Assembly (NCBI GenBank): GCA_965644315.1
Contig: CBFFRQ010000069.1
Location: 682,001 to 746,000 of the forward strand
Direction of reading: 5' to 3'
DNA: 64,000 nt
From: Caecitellus pseudoparvulus
Lineage: Eukaryota > Protista > Bigyra: Bicosoecida
Under the pieces are notes generated by a model. It had not been told where the DNA came from. It made no database searches and saw nothing but the letters and a program-made list of their open reading frames with translations. Made by a program: the position numbers and the translations under genes. Of this stretch, positions 56,733-64,000 are shown piece by piece. The stretch's first letter is position 1. Each line of letters starts with the position of its first letter.

Positions 56733-57563
56733 ATGGTGCGCCGGCCCACGCACGTGCAGCTCCGCGCACCACGCCAAGTGCACCATCACCCCCTCCCCGC
56801 TCGCTTTCGCAGTCCGGCATCACCGTCAGCGACAGCCTGTTGGAGGCATACGAGGCTGTCAAGCTCAAGTCCGCCAACAAGTTCCTGCTGTTCACGCTGG
56901 AGAAGGTGGGCGAGTCCGGCTCCAAGTCCACCTGGGACTGGAAGATCGTGGAGGCCTCCGAGAAGGACGGCGACAACAAGGAGCGATGGGAGGAGATGAC
57001 CGGCAAGCTGCCCGAGGACGAGGCTCGCTTCGTCGTCTTTGACTTCCAGGACACCAAGGCTGACGGCCGCCTCGTCAAGAAGCTGGTCCTCATCAAGTGG
57101 TGCGTGCCCGCGCTGCCGCTGCTGACACGCCGCCCCGGCCGCCCTTTTCACCCTCGCCCTGCCGCCTGCCGCCGTGGCGAGGCGGCTGAGGGCGGCCAGC
57201 CTCCCCTTGCTGCTCATGCTAGGCTGCTAGCTGCCGGGCTGTGGCGCTCCGCTGCACCTTGGGCAGGGGGCGGCGCCGCCTCGACACGGCTGCACAACAT
57301 TGCACCTTGCACACCTTGCTGCCGCCTGCGCAGGTGCCCCGACACCGTGCACTTCCGCACCAAGCCCATCATTGGTGCCTCATACCAGACCTTGAAGAAC
57401 AAGCTGGACGGCATTGCCCTGGATGTGGAGGCCACCGACTTCGACGAGATCGAGTACGAGACCATCAAGGTACGGTGCCTCGCCAGGTGCACTGCACCAA
57501 GCACGTGCACACCTCCCACCCGCGCTGCCTCGCCCCCCCCCTCGCGCGCAGAAGCTGCTTTGA
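56733..57563 (+). CDS. Cofilin/ADF
   Basis: Exons 56733-56735 (ATG only), 56813-57099, 57334-57469, 57552-57563. MSGITVSD..LPEDEARFVVFDF..KLVLIKWCPDT..K..L.G..VEATD..EI. Confidence 0.93.
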
Positions 57564-57598
57564 GCATGTGAGGACTCTCCATGCAGCGTAGTGTGGGT

Positions 57599-57607
57599 CA
57601 ATGCATT
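57599..57607 (+). terminator. CAATGCATT 3'-end element
   Basis: 35 nt after the cofilin stop. Confidence 0.55.
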
Positions 57608-58109
57608 CTCAAGTGCCCTCCCCCCACACACTGCTGCCGTCGCGCAGCAAAGCTGCCCTACACAGCAACACGCTCGCCAGCTTGAAGCAGCTGACCTTGC
57701 CGCGATGGGTGGTTGACGGTGCCCTATCACAGCTTGCTACCGCGTGCACAAGCCCGGGCGGCGCGCCGAGGGTGTAGGCGGGCGCCTGCTGCTTGGCCAG
57801 GTGCTCGACACCACTGCGCGCATGGGAAAGCTGCTTGCTGCCCACAAGGGAGCAGGAGGAGGCGCAATACAGACCAGGTGCCGGCCAAAGCATGCTGGCA
57901 GTGTTGTGACACGCAGCGTGTCCGAGCTCGGCCGAGCGCTGGGGCTGCACAGTGTGCATTGGCGCGTGCACGTTGCAACGCAGCAGAGACTGACCGCGCT
58001 GCTCCCCACCTGTCCCGCCCGGCCAGCCCCTCCGCGCAGAGCCGAAATGGAGAAACACCAAACGAACCAGCACGTTCACAATGGGACAAGGCGAGCATGT
58101 GCCCTTGTC

Positions 58110-60452
58110 TTACACGCCATCTGTGCGCTCCAGCACGCTGCCGTCAGCACCCCACAAACACCGACTGCCATCCACGCCCTCCACCAGGACACTGCCGTCG
58201 GGGAACGTGCTGCGCTGCTCGCCATTCGCCAGCACCGCCTTGATGGTGCCGTCAGAGAAGCGGATTTCCTTGCCGCCATCCCGCCCGTGGCGCTCCACCT
58301 GCCCGTTGGGAAAGCGAAACACCTCCACGCCGTCAGCGTGCGTCGTGTGCAGGGTGCCTGCAGAGGCGTAGAAGTACACCACCAAGCCACGGTCTGGGTA
58401 TGACCGCTTCACATCCCCATTGTGGAAGCGAATGAGGCTGCGCCCGTCGGCAGTGCTCTCCTTCACCGTCCCGTTGCGGAAGGTGACTTCCCGACTGCCG
58501 TCGGAGAAACGCCGCTCCATCTTGCCGCCGCCCACCTCCCGCTCGCTGACACACTGCACATCATCGTGCAGGAAAGTCGTCGCACCAGGGTCTGGGTCGT
58601 CTTCAAAGTCCCCGCCGCTGCCCTCGCTGCCCTCGCTGCGCTCGCTGCCGCCTTGCGAGGCGTACTCGCCTTCTCCACCGCCGCCGCCCTCGCCACCGGC
58701 GTCGTCCTCCCACTCACGCCCATACTCCCCGCGCTCCCCCTGCCAGTGCCCGCCGTCTGCGCCCCCCTCGTCACTGGCACCGCTGTCTTCTGGGTCGTAG
58801 TAGCCGTACGCACCCTCAGCAGGCGGGCCCCCCTGCCGACCGTCGTCAGGCCCCCCTGCACCCCCCTCCTTCCCTCGCGGAGGGGGGGGGCTCTCCTGCA
58901 CAGCCTCACCAGGGGGCCCACCCTCCTCATCATCATCCTCGTCCTGGGCACCGTGCTGCGCCCAGGTGTGGCGGGGGGGGCTGCCGCGCCCACCCTGGCT
59001 GGCAGGGCTGTTGGCCTGGACACGGGGGGGTGAAGGGGGGGGTACCTCCCCCCCCCTCTCAGCTCCCGAAGCCCCGCCCTTGCCCCTCCACGCCGCCACC
59101 CGCTGCCGCTCGTATGCCGCCACCTCCCCCTCCAGCTCCTCCACCCGCTCCGACAGTGACTCCGTCAGGCGCTGGTAACGCGCCACAGCCGCGCCCAGGC
59201 GCCCCTCACGCTCCTTGCCCTCTGCCCGCAGTTTGTCCAGCTCTTTTTGCAGCGCCTCCACCTCCGCGGCACTGCGCCCCGCACCGGGTGAGCCGCCAGT
59301 GCCCCCCGCCAAACTGCGCGCTTGGCGCTGTGCCACCCGCACTGCTGCACGCGCCTTGGCCTTTTCCTCAGCGCACGCCGCCGCGACACTGGCCTCCTCC
59401 GCAGCGCGCCAGCGCCCAAAATCATCCTTCGCCGCCGCCAGTGCCCGCTGCCCTGCCGTCAGCTCCTGCCGTTCAGCCTGCAGCGTGGCACGTTCCTCTG
59501 CCAGGGCAGTGACGTCACCCTCCACTTCCGCGTGCAACGCACGGGCCTCTGCCATTTCCGCACGGGCGTCGGCTAATTCCGCGTTTGCCCGGCGCACGAC
59601 GCTGTGCACCAACTGCGCCAACTCGGCGTCCACGCCGCCCAGTCGAGCCAGCAACTTGTCCAATTGTGGGTCGTTGAGGCTGGGCAGAGAGGGCGCCGGC
59701 ACCTCTGGGTGGGCGGGGGGGCGACGGGAGCTCCTGCGTTCACTGCCCGAGTCACCCTCTGGCTCGGCGGAGCGGCGTCCCCGCCGCCTGGAGCTGCCAC
59801 GGTGCCGCCGGCTGCCCCCACCGCTCTCATCCCGACTGCCACTGCGGTGACGCCGCCGGCTGGAGCGGTGGGAGGAGGGACTGCTCGCGCGACTGCGGCT
59901 GTCAGCTGAGCGCTGGCTGGGCCTGTCGTCGCCGCCGCCGACGCTGCCGCTGGGCTCGTCCTGAGGCAGTGGAGCCAGGCGCAGCCCGCCACCAGGTGCA
60001 GCAGCGCGCCGTGCGTCAGCGTCAGGCACGTGGAAGGACACCTCCCCTCCCGAATCCAGTGACTCGTCGCGCCTGCTCTGTGCCCCCGGGAAGACGCGGC
60101 TGACCAGGGACGAGACGGGGGCTTGGGAGGGCGCTGTGCCGCTGGCGGCGCTGCTGCCGTTGGAGCTGGGCACAGCGCTTTCCTGCTGCAGCTGGCGCTC
60201 CAGCGCTTCGAACTCGTCCAAATCGTCCGTTTCCGAGGCACTGGCAATGCTTGCAGCGTATGCCTGCGCAGTAGCCTCCGAGGGAAGGCCCCCGCTGCCG
60301 CCGTTGGGCTGCCCCGCCGTTTCCGGCGTTGAGAAGTCTGGAATGTCGTCCAAGCTCAAGTCCTCGCCAGCGCTGCCGCCGCCCTGGCCTCGGTTGGCAG
60401 CGTGCACAAAGACACTTTCACTTTGCAGCTCCAAACTCGCGTCCATGGCCAT
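58110..60452 (-). CDS. CENPJ: SAS-4/CENPJ centriole protein
   Basis: DEFEALE motif, central coiled coil, and C-terminal TCP/G-box repeats FRNGTVKE..FHNGDVK..YFYA..HTT..DGVEVFRFPNGQVERH..DG.KEIRFSDGT. Confidence 0.9.
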   Translation of the reverse strand: MAMDASLELQSESVFVHAANRGQGGGSAGEDLSLDDIPDFSTPETAGQPNGGSGGLPSEATAQAYAASIASASETDDLDEFEALERQLQQESAVPSSNGSSAASGTAPSQAPVSSLVSRVFPGAQSRRDESLDSGGEVSFHVPDADARRAAAPGGGLRLAPLPQDEPSGSVGGGDDRPSQRSADSRSRASSPSSHRSSRRRHRSGSRDESGGGSRRHRGSSRRRGRRSAEPEGDSGSERRSSRRPPAHPEVPAPSLPSLNDPQLDKLLARLGGVDAELAQLVHSVVRRANAELADARAEMAEARALHAEVEGDVTALAEERATLQAERQELTAGQRALAAAKDDFGRWRAAEEASVAAACAEEKAKARAAVRVAQRQARSLAGGTGGSPGAGRSAAEVEALQKELDKLRAEGKEREGRLGAAVARYQRLTESLSERVEELEGEVAAYERQRVAAWRGKGGASGAERGGEVPPPSPPRVQANSPASQGGRGSPPRHTWAQHGAQDEDDDEEGGPPGEAVQESPPPPRGKEGGAGGPDDGRQGGPPAEGAYGYYDPEDSGASDEGGADGGHWQGERGEYGREWEDDAGGEGGGGGEGEYASQGGSERSEGSEGSGGDFEDDPDPGATTFLHDDVQCVSEREVGGGKMERRFSDGSREVTFRNGTVKESTADGRSLIRFHNGDVKRSYPDRGLVVYFYASAGTLHTTHADGVEVFRFPNGQVERHGRDGGKEIRFSDGTIKAVLANGEQRSTFPDGSVLVEGVDGSRCLWGADGSVLERTDGV

Positions 60453-60964
60453 GGGTGGTGAACGGCAGGCCTGGGGCCGTGCGCCGGCACGCGCCTGGTG
60501 CTGAGCCTGGCTTGCTCGACTGCACCCGCAGTGCAGGGCCGGGCACACGCGCTCAGCGGCACAGTCAGCAGGGCATCGTGTCAGCTTTGTGCGTTTGGGT
60601 GCAATGTGGCTGGCGTTGGGCATTGCCGTGCTCTGCGTCCAAGGCATGGTAAGAGTGGCAGCCGCACTCACGAAGCCCCGCCACCCACCCCGCTCAGGGC
60701 GAAGCAGGCGCACCGCCCACAGCAACCATGATCAGCATTGGGCATGTGGTGTCGTCTCTGTCACGGCCGTCGGGTCTGCCTGCGCAGCCCTGGCAGCACG
60801 CATGCCAGCGTTGGCACCACCCTCAAACCTGCGACAAAACCCACCCCCTGCGTCGTGACGACACTGCACCTACCGCCCTTCACCTCAGACCGCCCACCAT
60901 CTGCAACAGCAGACGCAGGGCCGGCAGAGCTGTGCCTGAGCCAGCGGCCCCCAGGCGAGCCAGT

Positions 60965-61620
60965 ATGGCGGTCGAATTCGCAGACACAGATGTGAGCGCC
61001 CCTGGTGCTGCTGCGGAACAGGCACCCCGCCCAACGCACACGGCGCCCACCGCCGCAGGCTGAGTTCCCCGATGAGGAGGTGAACAACCACGTTCGCTCG
61101 GTGCGTGGGCAGGCGTGCGGAGCGGCAGTGAACGCAGAGGCTCACACGGCGCTGCACGACGTCGCACCCGCGCAGGCCCTGGCCAGTGTCTTGAACGACG
61201 CCACGCTGTACTCTGACGAGAAGGTGGAGGACTGGACGCACCAGATCATCGAAGGCACGCTGAAGGGCTTGCGGGAGATCAACAGGCCGTTCAAGTACAT
61301 TGGTGCGGCGCCTGCGTCGCTGCGACGTGTGAAACGCCACAACGGCACGCCCCGCCACGCCCCCTGCCCCTCCCAGTGACCATGACTATCATGCAGAAGA
61401 CAGGGGCTGGACTGCACACAGCTTCTGCTGCTGTGTGGGACAAGCGGGACAGTGAGTGGCCCCGCGCCGCAGCCCTGCGCTCGCGGTCGTCCCCAGCACT
61501 GGCTGCTTCCACCGCCGCTGCCCAGACTTCCGCCGCGTGCCGTGGGAGAACGCAGACATGCGGGTGATGGTCATCGTGTATGGATTGGCGCTGTCCCCCA
61601 CGCCCCCAGACGCCATTTAA
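60965..61620 (+). CDS. DYNLT: Tctex-1 type dynein light chain
   Basis: Five exons. Y..EKV..WT..IIE..LK.L....RPFKYIVT..IMQKTGAGLH.AS...WD..D....WEN..M.V.V.VYG; stop TAA 61618-61620. Confidence 0.9.
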
Positions 61621-61628
61621 TGCACCGC

Positions 61629-64000
61629 TCAGCTCCGCTTGAAGCGCGTCTTCAGCCTCCCCCACATGCCCTTGCGGGGCGCGCCGCCCCCACCCCCCTC
61701 CTTGTCGGCGGCAGGCAGCGCCGGCACTAGCTGGGGCACCTGCCCCACTGGCCGGGCAGGGGACGGCGACGGCTCGGCGCCCGTGTCCCCCCCCTCCCCA
61801 TCCCCCTCTGCCGCCATGGCGCCGGCGAAGACGCCCCCGTCGCCCCCTGCCGGCGGCGACGGCAGCGGCGGGTCGGCCGCCTCACTGCCACCGCCCTCGA
61901 CACGCCGGCCCCCACCACGGGCGGGAGACATGCCGCCGCCACCGCTGGCACCCCCTGATGTGGGGGAGGCCAGCGAAGCGCCGTCACTGGCGTCCCCCGC
62001 CTCGCCCCCCGTCGTCGCCAGGGTGGGCACGGCGCCGGCAGTGGCGCCCAGGGCAGGGGACGCCGGCGGCACCAGGGCCACGCTCATGGCCGACCGCATG
62101 AGGCCTCGGTACCCCTCCTCCAGCAACCAGGCATCCCCCAGCAGGGACCCCACCGCGTCGCTGACCATGCCCTGCGTGTCCCCCGACAGCAGGCGCCACA
62201 CGGCCGTGTAGGCGCGGAAGCACTCACACAGAGTCATGGACACCTCCTCCAGGTCCCCCGGCAGGGCGCCGCGCCAGGGCTCGGAGGCCTGGATGGCGGC
62301 ATCCCGCGCAGCCGCCGCCGCCTGCCGCGTGGCCGCCTCGATGGCGGGGTCCACCGCCGCCCCCGCGGATGCCAGGGACGCCAGGAGCTCCCCCTCCGCC
62401 GCCTGGCCGGCCTGGGACGCCGCGACACAGCGCTGCGTCAGCTCCAGCAAGCGGTCCAGGATGTCGCCGTCGCGCAGGGAGGGCGCCGCCGCCGGCACGG
62501 CGCGCATGAGGCCCCGCAGCAGCGCCACGAGCACCTCCCGTGGCCCCCGCTCCACGCGGGTCTTCACTTCGGCGTTCAGGGCCTTGAGCACGGCGTCACG
62601 GGCCGTGCCCTCTGCGCCGGCGTCAGTGCCAGGCAGGCTGGGCGGCGTCCAGGCTTCCCCCGAGATGGCCATGTAGGTGGCGGTGAGTGCCACCGCCCCA
62701 CTGCGCGCCACGGCGTCGTCCTTGTCCTCCACCAGGCGGATGAGGAGGGGCAGGACGGAGGCGCGCAGCAGGGTGGGCGGCACCTCCGACGCGATGCCCT
62801 TCACCACCCGCCCAACACACTTGCGCACGGCGGGGGTGGGGTTGGTGCTCACACGGGTGAGGTGGGACAGGATGGGCCCCACCACCCGCGCACCCCCCGC
62901 GGCGCCACACTGCAGCAGGGCCGCCTCCAGTGCCGGCACCTGCCGCTCGCTCCAGCCCCCCGACGTGTTCCCGATGGACACCAGCAGCTGGCGCAGGGCG
63001 TGGGACAGGCACACGCGGGGCAGGCAGGGCACGGACAGGACGCCGCCGCCCAGCACTGGCAGCAGGGCGGGCGCCAGCGCCACGCCGGGCGCCAGCAGCA
63101 CGGGCGCCTCCCCTGCCGAGCTGGGTGTGGGACGGCCCCCCCCCGTGGCGTCCCCCCCACACACCCACGCCACCTCCGGCACGAAGGACAGCCAGGCAAA
63201 GGCCTCGCCAGGCGGCACGACGATGCTGCCGGCGGCATCCCCACGGGGGAAGTCAGAGGCGGACACGCCAGACGAGGGGACACGGGCGCCGGCGCCGGTG
63301 TCCCCCCGCCCTCCCCCAGCAGCAGTGCCGTGACGGCCGAGGCACCGCCCTCCCCCACATCCTCGCCCAGACACACCAGGGCCAGGAGTGGCGACTTGAA
63401 GTACAGAGCAGGCACCTGCATCAACCGCTCCTCCTCCGGCAGCCACTGCAGGCCCAGGGCACGCATGAGCAGGGGGAAGGCGAACCACCCCGCGAACCCG
63501 CCGCCGAAGGTGCAGCAGAGGCCCCGCAGCAGGGCCGTGTACGCTGCCTGCGCCCGGCTCGCCACCTTGCTGTCGGTGGGCGTGCCCGCGGCAGCCTGCA
63601 GTACCTCGGGCAGGCCCTGCCGCACTAGCCACCGCAGGCCATCCCAACCCACTCGCACTTGGTGGGGGGTCACCGTGTCCCACTGCCCCCCCTCCTCGCC
63701 CCCCTTCCACACCTCCACCACTGCCGCCTGCTTCAGCAGGGCGTCCAGGACGCCGAAGCGCTGCACCAGCGCGTCACTGTCCACGGATGGCTCACCCGGG
63801 CGCAGCACGGGCGCAGCACTCTCAGCGCCTTCCCCTGGCACAGCGCCTCGCAGCCGCAGCTGGCCATCGGAGGCGCCCTCCCCCACAGCGCTGACACTGG
63901 CGCCCTCCGCCAGCAGCAGCAGGCGCAGGCGGGGCAGGGCGAAGCACAGTGCGGCACACATGAGCTCTGTGCGTGTGGCGGTGGCAGGGGTGACGGTGCG
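61629..64000 (-). CDS. RELCH: RELCH/KIAA1468-like HEAT-repeat protein (3' part; one apparent frameshift)
   Basis: AVRKCVGRVV..PTLLRASVLPLLIRLVEDKD.AV and RAVPAAAPSLRDGDILDRL resemble the RELCH C-terminus. Coding frame moves from ORF 62849-63961 to ORF 61629-63710 near 63310. Confidence 0.65.

Noticed and set aside
1-64000. Numerous long overlapping or antisense ORFs as real genes
   Set aside because: Shadow ORFs are expected at high GC opposite real CDSs, and they show no motifs.
1-64000. Blastocystis-style stop codons created by polyadenylation
   Set aside because: Every gene with a recognisable C-terminus has a genomic stop codon.
1-64000. Introner-like repeated introns, transposons, virophage or viral inserts, CRISPR arrays, prokaryotic operons
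   Set aside because: Introns share only splice signals; I saw no transposase, integrase, capsid or repeat-spacer pattern; neighbouring genes are functionally unrelated.

Overview
GC-rich, very compact eukaryotic nuclear DNA, not prokaryotic. I read 27 protein-coding genes with short GT-AG introns (about 50-230 nt; donors mostly GTGCGT/GTGAGT; CTCAC/CTGAC branch-like motifs) and intergenic gaps of 8 nt to about 1 kb. Centriole and cilium genes (SAS-4/CENPJ, CFAP53, Tctex-1, FAM228-like) indicate a flagellated protist. A heterotrophic stramenopile is plausible but is inference only. Recognisable genes, in order: UBE2O (runs off the left edge and is absent from the ORF track), TRAPPC12, SOUL, C2-WW protein, TNFAIP8/TIPE-RGS fusion, CFAP53, cyclophilin-SYF2, SLC38 transporter, ER thioredoxin-fold protein, CLU-domain protein, PME-1, KDM5-like demethylase, PH protein, giant MABP-USP, bacterial-type CdsA, PCIF1, PDI-like protein, RGS-PH, cofilin, SAS-4, Tctex-1 and RELCH (runs off the right edge). 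Main observations: (1) a near-palindromic (C)AATGCA element at most gene 3' ends, a candidate lineage-specific, bidirectional 3'-end signal; (2) a predicted 2-nt microexon in TRAPPC12; (3) a TIPE-RGS domain fusion; (4) convergent gene pairs separated by only 8-28 nt. I saw no tRNA, rRNA, CRISPR array or transposon. All family calls come from recognising motifs by eye; no searches were run.
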